The notes below the pieces were generated by a model. That model did no database searches and had not been told where the DNA came from. It saw only the letters and a program-made list of their open reading frames with translations. DNA of 64,000 nt from a virus. Taxonomy: Duplodnaviria; Caudoviricetes. Position 1 is the stretch's first letter; each line of letters starts with the position of its first letter. Shown here piece by piece: positions 1-10,984 of this stretch. A program made the translations under genes and the position numbers. The stretch is taken from IMG/VR virus record IMGVR_UViG_3300031669_005479, positions 128,001 to 192,000 of that record; one strand, written 5' to 3'.

Positions 1-2189
1 ACATTATTCTGTGTATCTCTCATCTGAATCCAAGGAAAATATGTGCACGAAAAACTACTATCAATTCCAGTATTTGCCATTAAATCTGCAATACCTTGTG
101 CAGCCAATACATCTGTACTTGTGCCATCACTTACTGAAATTGGTGGTATGTAATCAGGCGAATCAATAATATATAAACTATCTGTTCTCTTTTGCTCTAT
201 CATATCGATAGTGTCTTGAACTAAAATTGTATTGTTAGTCCAATCAATACCAGGTGTTGAAAACAAATTAATTGTTACTTGTTCAGGGTTTGAAAATGTA
301 TCAATTGCTGTTTGCCATGCCTGAAAATCATTACTTGGAACAATATTTGGATTTGATGGGTAGCCGCTAAATAATCCACCTTGCTGAAATCCATCAGTAT
401 TTGATCTTGATGTTCTGTTAACATCCCATGCATCAAAACCACCTGCAGGAACAAATGTGAATTTTCTAGTCTTAATATCATAGTAAGGATTTGTTGTTCT
501 ATCCGTGTCCTTATATGTTTGAATTTGACCGCTACCTACTTCGAATTGACCGATTTCTTCAGTGCCCTCATAGTATGTTCCAGTTGCACCGCTATCTAAG
601 TGAAAACCTTTAGTCTTTGTAAAGCCACCTTGACCGTAATAGTTGAAAAAGTTTTGGTTAATACCATCACCAGTTGAACTAGTTGAATCATATCCGTGTT
701 CTGAAATACCTAAGTATGTTTTAGATACCTTATCGGTAGTTAGATAACTTGTTTTATAGAAAATTTTTGGTGCAATACCATATGTTGCATTACCAGTATT
801 TCCAGTACTATAATCGGTAAATTCATATCCTTCGAAACCTGCTGGGAACATATTTGCTGGAATATTGTCAGCAAGTTCTACCATAACATAGCTACTAAGT
901 AATGAATATTCACCATCAGACGTACCAATGCGCTGTGCAATATAACTAGACAATCCTTTGAATAGTGTACATCTTGTATAAGTTTCCAATACAATTGGAC
1001 TATCATCAGTATCGTAGAAATCACGAACCACCACATCGAATTCATATGTTGATGGGTTAATGTTTGCAATAGTTACTTTAATCTCTTGATTTGCAGCATC
1101 ACCATCAGAAATGCTAATAAACTTAAATAGTCTGTTAACGTGGCTACCCATTAATTGCGATACAACCCAAGGCGTTTCTGGTGTTTGATATTTTATTTTA
1201 TAGTCACTAAAATTCTCAGAAGAGCCAGTAATTACATTGCAGTTAACGCCATACGCATAACCCTCAGCATCAATCTTATTAATGAGGTCAGGATAAATTG
1301 CTTGTGTCCAAATTTTTAATTTTTTGTCCTTTGCTGTTCTACCAATAACGTTTGGCAAAAATGCAGTGCTTGTTGGGTCTAATGAAACTGTGTATAATTC
1401 GGTGCTACCAGAATCAGATGCAATCATATTAAATTTACCAAATAGGTCTCCAGAGCCAACAATTGTGGTGTTACCACTAGCTGGAATTTCAAAATTTGTT
1501 GCCCAGAATGTTGTTTGCTGTACATCGTTGGTTGGTATTGTAGAATCTGCTCTACTTCTAATAACGGCAACTACCATATTTTCATACTCACTTAATGATG
1601 TACCAGTATATGATACAACAGTATCTGTAACAGTGCCACTACTTGTTATTGCACTATAGGTTGTTGCAGTAAATTGGTGCACTTGCTTTGTGAAAACACC
1701 AGTATTAATATTTTTTGTGTATCCAGTATCGGTAATACCAGTTGCACCACTACCAACTAATGCTACACCAAGATATGCATTATTAGTGTATGGAATGCCA
1801 GTTGTAACCACAGGTGAACCCGTAGTTCCTTCTGTGCTACTATCAATACCTGCTGATATGGTTAATGCCCATGCTTTACCTGCATCATACCCACTTAAAC
1901 CCAGCACTCTGGTTACCCAAAGTTGATTGGTTTGACTTAAATATGAATTTGCAACATATGGTAACTGAAATTGCAATTGATTTGCATTATTTGGAAATCT
2001 TGCAATGCTTTGTGCACCAAATCTGTTTAAGAATTGAGTTTTATCCTGTATGTATACTGGTTCGAAAGCGGGACCCTTTAGCGTTTCACCAACTAAACCC
2101 AAAGTTGTTACGCCTACATTACGTGTTACGTATGTTATGTCTCGTTCCTTAAATTTTACACCTGGAGAGGTGAATACGAAATCTGCCAT
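1..2189 (-). CDS. gp18: Tail sheath protein (T4 gp18-like), 3' end runs off the window
   Basis: Manual translation from ATG at 2189: MADFVFTSPGVKFKERD...LVGETLKGPAFEP...WVTRV and C-terminal INLFSTPGID...IIDSP...TYFPW, typical sheath motifs. Not in the ORF track because there is no stop in the window. Confidence 0.85.
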   Translation of the reverse strand, partial: MADFVFTSPGVKFKERDITYVTRNVGVTTLGLVGETLKGPAFEPVYIQDKTQFLNRFGAQSIARFPNNANQLQFQLPYVANSYLSQTNQLWVTRVLGLSGYDAGKAWALTISAGIDSSTEGTTGSPVVTTGIPYTNNAYLGVALVGSGATGITDTGYTKNINTGVFTKQVHQFTATTYSAITSSGTVTDTVVSYTGTSLSEYENMVVAVIRSRADSTIPTNDVQQTTFWATNFEIPASGNTTIVGSGDLFGKFNMIASDSGSTELYTVSLDPTSTAFLPNVIGRTAKDKKLKIWTQAIYPDLINKIDAEGYAYGVNCNVITGSSENFSDYKIKYQTPETPWVVSQLMGSHVNRLFKFISISDGDAANQEIKVTIANINPSTYEFDVVVRDFYDTDDSPIVLETYTRCTLFKGLSSYIAQRIGTSDGEYSLLSSYVMVELADNIPANMFPAGFEGYEFTDYSTGNTGNATYGIAPKIFYKTSYLTTDKVSKTYLGISEHGYDSTSSTGDGINQNFFNYYGQGGFTKTKGFHLDSGATGTYYEGTEEIGQFEVGSGQIQTYKDTDRTTNPYYDIKTRKFTFVPAGGFDAWDVNRTSRSNTDGFQQGGLFSGYPSNPNIVPSNDFQAWQTAIDTFSNPEQVTINLFSTPGIDWTNNTILVQDTIDMIEQKRTDSLYIIDSPDYIPPISVSDGTSTDVLAAQGIADLMANTGIDSSFSCTYFPWIQMRDTQNN

Positions 2190-2488
2190 GTTATTTATTG
2201 TTTAAATTTTATAATTTTTCTCTATGATAAGCAATGTTTTATCTTTTCAAATAAATACTAAAAAAATATTGAAAAGGTGTTTAATTCTAATTATTATGGT
2301 GCTGTCATTCTTCTCAATAAACCCAAATTTTCATAGATTTTATGTTTTTTGATTCAAATTTTTAAAAATTTCGGTTTTTATTGCCCAGATTTCGCCAAAT
2401 TTTCTTAAATATTTTTTTTATTAAAATAGAAAATAATTTTCATTAATGTGGATTTCATTATATTAGTATTTATGTTAAATATTTATTT

Positions 2489-4840
2489 ATGAATAAATCA
2501 CAACGAATTTATTTAACTACAGGCAACACAGGTAATTTCATAAATGATAAGTATGTTAAGGTAAAGCTTGAGCAAAATGTTGAAACACTTGAACTTCTTA
2601 CGCTAAGTCTAACTACCGAGGATGCATATCAAAATTTCAATTCTGATTATGGAGTAATTGTTGGAAGAGTATACGCTAATGGTGGAGTTGCGGTTCCCAA
2701 TGCTAAAATAAGCGTTTTTATACCATTATCTGATACCGATGCATTTAATGGTGATATCTATAGCATCTATCCATATACTAGTCCTAGAGATAAGAATAAT
2801 GATGGAAAACGATATAATCTACTACCACGTGTTGCGCTACTTGAGGCAAGCACTGGAATATATAAACCTAAACAACCTTTCGGTAGTTTTCCAATAAAAC
2901 CAGAATTAATAATAAATGAACCATATTTAAATGTATATAAAAAATATTATAAATATACTTCAGTAACAAATGATTATGGTGATTATATGATATTTGGTGT
3001 ACCAATTGGAACACAAACTGTCCATATGAGCGTTGACATAACTGATATTGGAAAATATAGTATGACACCTGCATCAATGATAAAAGCAGGTTATCCAGCA
3101 AATTTATTTACTAAATCAGGTAATGCGATTAAACCTAGTGACGATTTAAATGATTTACCTAATATTGAAACGCAAGAAATTAGTGTAGATATTCTTCCAT
3201 TTTGGGGTGATACAACCAATTTTGAAATTGGAATTACTAGACAAGATTTTAGAGTTAAAGCAAATCTTAGTTCAGATTTTGTTGTATTCGGAACATCAAT
3301 GACAATGGGTGTGTATGGTATATTTGGTAATGCTGCATATAGTGGTGATGATAGGGCATACTATTCAATTGATACTGATAATGGTGGCATGACGACAAAT
3401 AATATATTTTCTGACGGTAATACTGTTGGCCGATATAACAACCTTGATATAAGAACATTTAGAGTAGCAAAACCAACAATTAGCGTATTTACTTATACCA
3501 ATGATATTCCTGTTGTTAATGGAGAAATTCAACTTCCTGCAGATAATGACATTGACTTCGATAGCCAGATACGCCAGCTATCAGATACGGAATATTTCGA
3601 ATATAATGAAAATGGTAATTTTTTTCTAACCATACCCTGCAATAGAGCCAAGGTAATTACTGATGAAAATGGTCAAGACGTGTATATTGACGAGAATTCG
3701 CCAAGTGGTGTATTTACCAAATTTTTTGGTATGATACTTATTGAATATCCAGATTTAAATGACATGCCACAAAATTCTGGTTGGTCACATAAATTTTTTG
3801 GTCGTGATAATGAATATAAGGCACGTGGTTGGTTTAAAATACCACAAAGTGTTGGTTTATTGAGTGATATCAATCAAGACGATCCTAATGGTATTTATCC
3901 TCCAGAATACATTACTGCAAACAATAATGCATGGAGAAGAGAGTATCAGGAATTCAGCGGTGGTAGCATTTATAGTGTTGCACAATTCTATCCAACCAAA
4001 TGGGGTGCTAGTGGTGCTGGTGGTCAGAATTTTGAAAACAGTTTCACCAATAGTAGCAATGTTGGTTATAACTATGCTGAAATTGCAGGTGCTTGGTTTA
4101 AAACTGCAGGATTGGATTGGGTAGTTCAATCAGAACAAACCGATAGCCAAAACTATCTTGTACAGCCATATAGTGGTAGCAGCACAACTCCAACATACTA
4201 TAAATATAATTTCTCGCCCAATGTTGTTAATTTTAATTCCAGTCTTCCAGCATATAGTGCAGATACATTCTTTGGTGGTCAATGGCTAAATTTCTGCCTA
4301 ATGTTTCCACAATACGGTTGGTCGTATGGTAATCATCTTAACTTTGCCGATGTTTACCATAACGATTTTGAAGGTGGTTCACCTAACTTTGTTACCGATA
4401 ACCAGCAGAAAATATTTGCAGGTTTAGTTAATACCAAGTTCCTATTGAAGGGTGATGCGTTTCAAACCGCATTTATTAACCTGCCTAAGCTAGAACTTTC
4501 TAAGCTGCTTCAAGTAGATTTAAAGGGTATTAATGTTACTAGATGGAATAATGGACAAGAAAAGGATATAAATGAAAATTATAATTATCATGACATTCAA
4601 CTTACGCCAAACTACTACAAGTATGCAAAAGTAAAGGAAAGAAGTTCATACTTTTCGAGCAATACTGATGGACGAACCTACAATGCCTTTGGCTGGGATG
4701 AGTGGGATAGGTCACCAAATGCCTATACATATCCATACAATGCATATATTTCTAGTACAGATAATAGAAGTGCCTACCTATTTAAGGGCATGTATGGAAA
4801 TGATTGTATAAAAATGCTATCGGACTTTGGTGTGATTTAA
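2489..4840 (+). CDS. Putative virion structural protein (baseplate/tail associated), 783 aa
   Basis: Long ORF with late-type motif AGTATTTAT at 2465-2473; N-terminal VIVGRVYANGGVAVPNAKISVFIP resembles a prealbumin-like beta-sandwich; adjacent to the sheath gene. Confidence 0.5.
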   Translation: MNKSQRIYLTTGNTGNFINDKYVKVKLEQNVETLELLTLSLTTEDAYQNFNSDYGVIVGRVYANGGVAVPNAKISVFIPLSDTDAFNGDIYSIYPYTSPRDKNNDGKRYNLLPRVALLEASTGIYKPKQPFGSFPIKPELIINEPYLNVYKKYYKYTSVTNDYGDYMIFGVPIGTQTVHMSVDITDIGKYSMTPASMIKAGYPANLFTKSGNAIKPSDDLNDLPNIETQEISVDILPFWGDTTNFEIGITRQDFRVKANLSSDFVVFGTSMTMGVYGIFGNAAYSGDDRAYYSIDTDNGGMTTNNIFSDGNTVGRYNNLDIRTFRVAKPTISVFTYTNDIPVVNGEIQLPADNDIDFDSQIRQLSDTEYFEYNENGNFFLTIPCNRAKVITDENGQDVYIDENSPSGVFTKFFGMILIEYPDLNDMPQNSGWSHKFFGRDNEYKARGWFKIPQSVGLLSDINQDDPNGIYPPEYITANNNAWRREYQEFSGGSIYSVAQFYPTKWGASGAGGQNFENSFTNSSNVGYNYAEIAGAWFKTAGLDWVVQSEQTDSQNYLVQPYSGSSTTPTYYKYNFSPNVVNFNSSLPAYSADTFFGGQWLNFCLMFPQYGWSYGNHLNFADVYHNDFEGGSPNFVTDNQQKIFAGLVNTKFLLKGDAFQTAFINLPKLELSKLLQVDLKGINVTRWNNGQEKDINENYNYHDIQLTPNYYKYAKVKERSSYFSSNTDGRTYNAFGWDEWDRSPNAYTYPYNAYISSTDNRSAYLFKGMYGNDCIKMLSDFGVI

Positions 4841-4843
4841 AAT

Positions 4844-4874
4844 AAAAAACCTCGAAAATACTTCGAGGTTTTTT
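4844..4874. terminator. Bidirectional intrinsic terminator
   Basis: AAAAAACCTCGAA-aatac-TTCGAGGTTTTTT between convergent genes. Confidence 0.8.
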
Positions 4875-4890
4875 GTAGCACAATGGGTGG

Positions 4891-5334
4891 TTACTGTTGC
4901 TTGCTTAATACATATCGAAATGTATCTTCCCCACCACTTACTTCTAACGTCATCATATTGTAATTTGGTTCTAATGGCAATATTGCAATAGTAAGTATTG
5001 TGGGCGAATCACCTGTCTTAGTTAATGTTATTGTGGAATTATCTGAACTCAAAGTCCAAGTATTAAATACGGTATGAACTCCAGAATTAATTCTGTCTGT
5101 CATAATAGCACTACCATTCAAAATAAATTCGTATTGTCTTTGCCCCACCGCATTATTGAGCTGTCCATTTAAGTAGGTAGCGGTATTAATCCACTTGCCC
5201 ACGATGTGAGCAACCATAGGGTTGGTGAGTTGAACTGAAGGAGTTGGATTAACCGCATCATCCTTCTTAGAGCAGCTTGCACTCATCAGTGCAACCATTA
5301 ACATCAGCGTAAATAAGTAAGTTAGTTTCTTCAT
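4891..5334 (-). CDS. Lipoprotein with lipocalin-like domain
   Basis: MKK + hydrophobic stretch + lipobox SASC followed by SKKDD; IVGKW motif typical of Bacteroidota lipocalin-like lipoproteins. Confidence 0.7.
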   Translation of the reverse strand: MKKLTYLFTLMLMVALMSASCSKKDDAVNPTPSVQLTNPMVAHIVGKWINTATYLNGQLNNAVGQRQYEFILNGSAIMTDRINSGVHTVFNTWTLSSDNSTITLTKTGDSPTILTIAILPLEPNYNMMTLEVSGGEDTFRYVLSKQQ

Positions 5335-5427
5335 TTTGTTTAAAGTTTTAAAGTTATATCATATAATACGAAAAGAAATTTAAATTGTTACAGAAACAAG
5401 TATTTATTTTTACGGTATTTATATGAT

Positions 5428-7107
5428 ATGGATAAAACGATTGAAATACTACTTGGGAGTTATAAGAATATTGATTCAGTTAATGTAGATAACCAAGATA
5501 AAATTGAACTATTTAACAGAACTTCAGAATTAACTGATTATGACGTTAATGATGCACTGAGTGCTACGGATGTATTCGACGTTGAAAGAGAAGCAAATCC
5601 TATTTATAGAATTTATGGCAAAATTGAATATATGTCACTATTAAATGGATTAAAAAATAATTATACCAACATTAGCGATTTTTTTACATACGAAACCAAT
5701 GGTTCATATAATATAACCAATTCATTTAATTTTTATTTAGTTAAGGCATCTACGGGTTTTACTAAAATCAGTGGACAAACAACAATTGATGCAGTACCAG
5801 ATGAAATAATTCTTAATGAAAACTTTAATACTTGGATATCTAGTTCACCAAGTAACTATCCTACTGGTTGGACGGTTACGGTTACCCCAAATAGTTATGT
5901 CCAAAAAACTGTGGGAAATCAGGCACAATTTGTACTTAGCACTGGTGCTACAAATATTGTTACGCTATCAAAAGAAATGTTGTCCGACTATGGTAATATG
6001 GTTATTCAAACAAATATTAGCTTATTACCAAATTTTATTGCAAATACTGATTCGCTAAACGTTTCGTTATGGTCTGACGATACGATAATTGGTAGCCATA
6101 ATCTCTTGGCTGGTGGAATTGTTCATAATCAAATTTTAATTAACGTGACTGAAAATTTGCCAATGACTAAGTTAACGATTGAAGCGGGTGGTAATGGTAA
6201 GAGCATAATTATGGATTATGTCAAGTTGATTAAAACAGGCACAACAACATCTAGCGTAATACCAAATGTTGAATATATTAGGTATTTTGATGTAGTTGCA
6301 ACACCAAATGATTTCGAAATATTTCCTGTTGGTTTTAATAAAAACGTGTATAACGAACAGGCGTATGCATTTAGCTTTAGAAAAGATTTTGATGTTTCTA
6401 CATATTTTGATGATTTTAAGTTTCCAGCAACAGAACTTTTTTTATATGCACAGTACATTCCCAAAACAAATGGTAATGGAATACTTGAAACAGTTTCTGG
6501 AACTACATGGGGAATTAGCGATGGAATTGCAAGTAAGTTCAATTTACAATTCGCTGTTTTGAATGTTGGTGATATGGTAAAGTCAAATACCAATATCAAA
6601 ATTGGGGATTTAATTCAGTATGATCGTGAAAATTTTTTACAAACGCAAATATCTGGACAAACAATTTATGTTACAACCGAATGCCATAATGTTAACGATA
6701 TTAGCATTAACTTGGTTTGGAAATACAATCCATTTATTGGATTGAGATTAAGGTATTTTTCTGACACATTAAATGCAGTTAATACTGGAAGTACATCGTA
6801 TGATGATGTTTCGTCAATACCAGAATATGCGACATATTTAGACGATAATGGTAATTGTGTTTGGAGAGATATATTACCTCAAGGATATACCGACCCATCA
6901 ACTGGCGTTGGCGTTAACTATCCATTCATTAATATGAGAAGATACTTATTTACACCAATAATATTTTCAATATCGCCAGATTTAACCAACGATGAAACAT
7001 TAAATGCATTTACTAATATCTGGTTTAGCAGAAATATTACAAATCTTTCAACAAATCTGCAAAGTAATGATGATCTAACAAATAAACTTGGAAAACCATG
7101 TCAGTAA
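5428..7107 (+). CDS. Putative virion structural protein, 559 aa
   Basis: Long ORF, GTATTTATA motif at 5415-5423, Thr/Asn/Ser-rich beta-type composition. Confidence 0.5.
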   Translation: MDKTIEILLGSYKNIDSVNVDNQDKIELFNRTSELTDYDVNDALSATDVFDVEREANPIYRIYGKIEYMSLLNGLKNNYTNISDFFTYETNGSYNITNSFNFYLVKASTGFTKISGQTTIDAVPDEIILNENFNTWISSSPSNYPTGWTVTVTPNSYVQKTVGNQAQFVLSTGATNIVTLSKEMLSDYGNMVIQTNISLLPNFIANTDSLNVSLWSDDTIIGSHNLLAGGIVHNQILINVTENLPMTKLTIEAGGNGKSIIMDYVKLIKTGTTTSSVIPNVEYIRYFDVVATPNDFEIFPVGFNKNVYNEQAYAFSFRKDFDVSTYFDDFKFPATELFLYAQYIPKTNGNGILETVSGTTWGISDGIASKFNLQFAVLNVGDMVKSNTNIKIGDLIQYDRENFLQTQISGQTIYVTTECHNVNDISINLVWKYNPFIGLRLRYFSDTLNAVNTGSTSYDDVSSIPEYATYLDDNGNCVWRDILPQGYTDPSTGVGVNYPFINMRRYLFTPIIFSISPDLTNDETLNAFTNIWFSRNITNLSTNLQSNDDLTNKLGKPCQ

Positions 7108-7922
7108 TTAATAAAACAGTTAAATATAATGCCTTGGATGTTAATCTAAAATTTAGTTTAGGTTCCGATATTCAACCAAGTGGTTATCAACAAGAAATTG
7201 ATAATATTACAGTGAAAACTGAATACGATTTACTTAATCCTGTTAGTGATGTTGAGGTGCGTAGGTTCAAATATATGCCAACGATTCAGGCAAGTAATTT
7301 AGTTTTTAATTTTTATGATATCACTGGAAATACTCATGTAAATTCATTTATTGCTGCAGGATTCGCTTCAAATGAAATATCAATAAATAATAATAGTATT
7401 CTCAATAGTTTTTTTATATTGGATTTTTATGATAGTTTTGATCCAAATATTCAAACTAAAATATTTTCGACATATTTAACTAAAGTAATTATGGGACAGC
7501 AAGATTCCATAACTAAACTTCAAATACCTAAATATAGAATTTATTCTGATACTTCAAATCAATTATATTATTGGCACATACCCCAATCATTTATTAATGA
7601 ACAAACTAGCAATATAATAAATGCATACGTGAAATTTAGTTTCTATAATGCAAAAAAAGGTATTATTACGCTATTCTATAATAAAGATAATGAGCAGTTG
7701 ACAACACCAGAGCATATGTATTTTAAGGTGGAGGTAAATCTAGCAAATATGACTTGGAGAATACTAACAAGTTCGTTTCCAACATTGGTTGCATATGAAG
7801 TAATTCCAAATGAATATGTGGCTAGAATAAATAATACGATTAATACAACTGACAATAAAAAACAAAATTATCCTAATGGAAATGCATTTCAACGTGAGAG
7901 TGGGACATATACTACTGAATAG
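7098..7922 (+). CDS. Hypothetical, probably structural protein, 274 aa
   Basis: Overlaps the stop of the upstream gene; intact ORF. Confidence 0.5.
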   Translation: MSVINKTVKYNALDVNLKFSLGSDIQPSGYQQEIDNITVKTEYDLLNPVSDVEVRRFKYMPTIQASNLVFNFYDITGNTHVNSFIAAGFASNEISINNNSILNSFFILDFYDSFDPNIQTKIFSTYLTKVIMGQQDSITKLQIPKYRIYSDTSNQLYYWHIPQSFINEQTSNIINAYVKFSFYNAKKGIITLFYNKDNEQLTTPEHMYFKVEVNLANMTWRILTSSFPTLVAYEVIPNEYVARINNTINTTDNKKQNYPNGNAFQRESGTYTTE

Positions 7923-8676
7923 ATAATCCAATTCTTGGTTTTCTGATAGTTTTAACTATCTCAAATTCCTTTTCATCTTGAATGAAACCTAAGACCTTTA
8001 GTGCATATTTTGATACAAAAAATCTATCACCATCAATATTTTCAATAGGATTTGATTCAGCAAAACCTTCGAAAAGCATGGGTATTGGATTACCATTAAT
8101 TAAAATGTAATCTTGACGACTTGCAAAATTTTTAAGTACTTGCTCATCATATTTATTAACATCGACCCTATATTTAGTAAATAGTGCTACCTCATAAATC
8201 ATATCAACATTTGTAGGTTCTGGCATTTTAAATTGTAGAAATATGACTTCACCTTCGTCAAGAATTGGAATTTGCATATATCTAAATTTACGGGGCTGTG
8301 GAATACGAAATTTTGTTCCAAGTCTGGTTCCAGGTTGTTTATCAATACGTCTTACTGTAATATATGGGGTAGGCACATTTTTATCATTGTCCACGAACTT
8401 CCAAGTTTTGCTAAATTCACCCCAGCGGTCGTTATCAAGATAAAAGGTTGGAACCAATTTATTATCTAATGTTAGCTGCATGCCATCATTGTTAACATAG
8501 TCAAATAATGCTTGGTCAATATGCTCAAGTAAAATTGTTCTTGGAAGATATTTTGTTTTAGTATCGGTTAAACGCATGAGTTCTTCAATTCTATCCATAC
8601 CATACTTAAGATATTCGTTACCTATCTTTGGTGGATTAGTATCAAGTGTTAATTTTATTTTTTTTGGAAGTGACAT
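7912..8676 (-). CDS. Putative tail completion/neck protein (gp15-like)
   Basis: LPRTILLEHIDQALFDYV...PTPYITVRR pattern, late motif upstream (8692-8700), structural context. Confidence 0.45.
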   Translation of the reverse strand: MSLPKKIKLTLDTNPPKIGNEYLKYGMDRIEELMRLTDTKTKYLPRTILLEHIDQALFDYVNNDGMQLTLDNKLVPTFYLDNDRWGEFSKTWKFVDNDKNVPTPYITVRRIDKQPGTRLGTKFRIPQPRKFRYMQIPILDEGEVIFLQFKMPEPTNVDMIYEVALFTKYRVDVNKYDEQVLKNFASRQDYILINGNPIPMLFEGFAESNPIENIDGDRFFVSKYALKVLGFIQDEKEFEIVKTIRKPRIGLSIQ

Positions 8677-8763
8677 TATTATTTCTTTTTATATAAATAC
8701 TTGTATATATAACATATTTTTCATAACCTTGCATGTATTTATGTAAAGCAAATGATATACCAA

Positions 8764-8916
8764 ATGAAAAAAAAGAAAAATTTAATCGAATCTAAAATGA
8801 TTAATATTAGAATAAATCCCATAGTATTGGATAATTATAGAGTATTTTGTGAAAAAAATGGTTATTCTGTTTCAAAAAGAATTAGAATTTTGATTGAAAA
8901 CGATATGAAACTATGA
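8764..8916 (+). CDS. Small ribbon-helix-helix-like DNA-binding protein (50 aa)
   Basis: Manual ORF MKKKKNLIESKMINIRINPIVLDNYRVFCEKNGYSVSKRIRILIENDMKL with a strand-helix-helix pattern; ATGA overlap with the next gene. Confidence 0.5.
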   Translation: MKKKKNLIESKMINIRINPIVLDNYRVFCEKNGYSVSKRIRILIENDMKL

Positions 8917-10613
8917 TTAATATATTGACGAATAATTTTGGGCACTGTATTAAAGAATCTAAATTATGTGCAATAGATATTAATTTATACAATAAAATTA
9001 TTGAATATAATGTAAGTAAACTACCTTGGAATCAAATGGTGTATAACTATTTGAATTCAATGGCTAAATTACCTAAATGTGCTTGTGGTGGTGAATTAAA
9101 GTTTATATCATTTAAAGAAGGGTATAGAAAATACTGCTCCATTAGATGTGCAACCAATTCTCTTGAATATAAAGAAAAAAAAGAAAACACTTTAATTGAG
9201 AAATATGGTGTAAAAAATATATCACAATCAGAATTAATCAAGAAAAAAAAAGAATTGACATTATTAAATAATTATGGTGTATCACATCCACTAAAATCAA
9301 TGGTGATTAAGAAGCGGGTCGTTATTACAAACAATTGCCGTTGGGGGGTAGATAATGTCTCACAATCAAGCATTGTTGCAGAAAAAAAAAGAAATACCAC
9401 CAATAAAAATTTTGGAGTTGATTATAATTTTCAATCAAATGAAATTAAAAAAAACATTAAATCAACAATAAAAAATAAATATGGCGTGGATTATTATGTA
9501 CAATCAATTGAAAATAAACAACGTATAACGGAAACAAATAATGAAAAAAAAATAAAATTCTGGACGAATCGGTTAAAGATAGACAGTAATGATATTGAAG
9601 TCGAGAATGATAAATTCATTATAAAAAATTTATGTAAAATACATAATCAATTTGAAATCGATAAGTATAATTTATATAATCGTTCTGCTATACAACAAAT
9701 TGAAAATATTTGCACAATATGTAATCCGATATCTAAAAGTATATCAATTAAAGAAAATGAAATTAGGGACTTTATTGAGAATGAATTAAACATTAATACA
9801 GAAAAAATTCGAATAAGCAATAAAGAAATTGATATATTTTTACCAAAACATAATTTAGGAATTGAATTTGATGGATTGTATTGGCACTCGAACATATATA
9901 AAAATAAAAATTATCATTTAAATAAAACAGAACTATGTGAATCACAAAATATTCAACTACTACATGTATTTGAAGATGAATGGATGTTTAAAAAGAGTAT
10001 CGTAAAATCAATAATTAAATCTAAATTAGGAATAGTTGATAATAAAATATTTGCAAGAAAATGTGAAATTATTGAAATTAATTCAAAATTATGCTCAAAT
10101 TTTCTTAACGTTAATCATATTCAAGGTAGTGTTAATTCTAAAATAAAAATTGGTTTATTTTATAATAATGAGTTGGTTTCTGTTATGACTTTTGGTAAAA
10201 AAAGATTATCTATGGGTAATAAGCAACAAGTAGATAATAATTACGAAATATTGAGATTTTGTAATAAATTAAATACTGTTGTTATTGGTGGTGCGAGTAA
10301 AATGCTAAAATTTTTCATAAAAAAATATCGACCTGATTCAATTACAACTTTTGCAGATAGAAGATATTCACAAGGTGATCTTTATGTGCAGTTGAAATTT
10401 ACCTTTTGCAAAAATACTGTTCCAAATTATTATTATTTTCATCCTAATAATATGATTAGATATCATCGATTCAAATTTAGAAAGGATGTGTTAGTTAGAG
10501 AAGGTTTTGATTCAACCAAAACTGAACATCAGATAATGGCCGAAAGGGGTTATAGTCGAATTTATGATTCAGGACACATGAAATTTGAAATACTCTTTGA
10601 TTTTAATATTTAA
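8913..10613 (+). CDS. Hef-like homing endonuclease (PD-(D/E)XK domain + C-terminal GNAT/Mom-like domain)
   Basis: N-terminal KYGV-type repeats and Cys pairs, EIDIFLPKHNLGIEFDGLYWH nuclease motif, C-terminal NHIQG...EILRFC...GGASK...RIYDSG. Confidence 0.7.
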   Translation: MINILTNNFGHCIKESKLCAIDINLYNKIIEYNVSKLPWNQMVYNYLNSMAKLPKCACGGELKFISFKEGYRKYCSIRCATNSLEYKEKKENTLIEKYGVKNISQSELIKKKKELTLLNNYGVSHPLKSMVIKKRVVITNNCRWGVDNVSQSSIVAEKKRNTTNKNFGVDYNFQSNEIKKNIKSTIKNKYGVDYYVQSIENKQRITETNNEKKIKFWTNRLKIDSNDIEVENDKFIIKNLCKIHNQFEIDKYNLYNRSAIQQIENICTICNPISKSISIKENEIRDFIENELNINTEKIRISNKEIDIFLPKHNLGIEFDGLYWHSNIYKNKNYHLNKTELCESQNIQLLHVFEDEWMFKKSIVKSIIKSKLGIVDNKIFARKCEIIEINSKLCSNFLNVNHIQGSVNSKIKIGLFYNNELVSVMTFGKKRLSMGNKQQVDNNYEILRFCNKLNTVVIGGASKMLKFFIKKYRPDSITTFADRRYSQGDLYVQLKFTFCKNTVPNYYYFHPNNMIRYHRFKFRKDVLVREGFDSTKTEHQIMAERGYSRIYDSGHMKFEILFDFNI

Positions 10614-10645
10614 ATCATTATATTTGCCCAAACAATTAAAAATCA

Positions 10646-10984
10646 ATGTTAGTTAAACGAAACGAATATCTTGACACAGATGGTACATTAGGATATATTG
10701 AATCAGTTTTTAATTCTGATAATGTATTAAAAACCACATATTTTCCAAAGTCAGAACGACTATATATTGCATTTGGTAGAGGACACACATATTCCTATGG
10801 AAATATTAGTTCTGAAAAATATGAAGAATTTGAAGAAGCAGAATCCCAGGGAAAATTTTTTCACCAAAAGATAAATAATAATAAACAACATCCCATGCGT
10901 AAAGAATTTACACTTTACCCTAACGAAATAAAGGAACTTAAACAAGTTGTTGAAAATAATAAGCTTGAGGAAGAAGATGAATAG
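10646..10984 (+). CDS. KTSC-domain protein
   Basis: SDNVLKTTY...LYIAF...YSYGNIS...YEEFEEAESQGKFFHQKI matches the KTSC pattern; TATATTTG promoter-like element at about 10620. Confidence 0.6.
   Translation: MLVKRNEYLDTDGTLGYIESVFNSDNVLKTTYFPKSERLYIAFGRGHTYSYGNISSEKYEEFEEAESQGKFFHQKINNNKQHPMRKEFTLYPNEIKELKQVVENNKLEEEDE

Noticed and set aside
275-2152. Short ORF-track calls at 275, 878, 1324, 1690 and 1865
   Set aside because: They are off-frame or antisense shadows of the continuous minus-strand tail sheath frame 1..2189. The same applies to the many short antisense ORFs inside large genes elsewhere.
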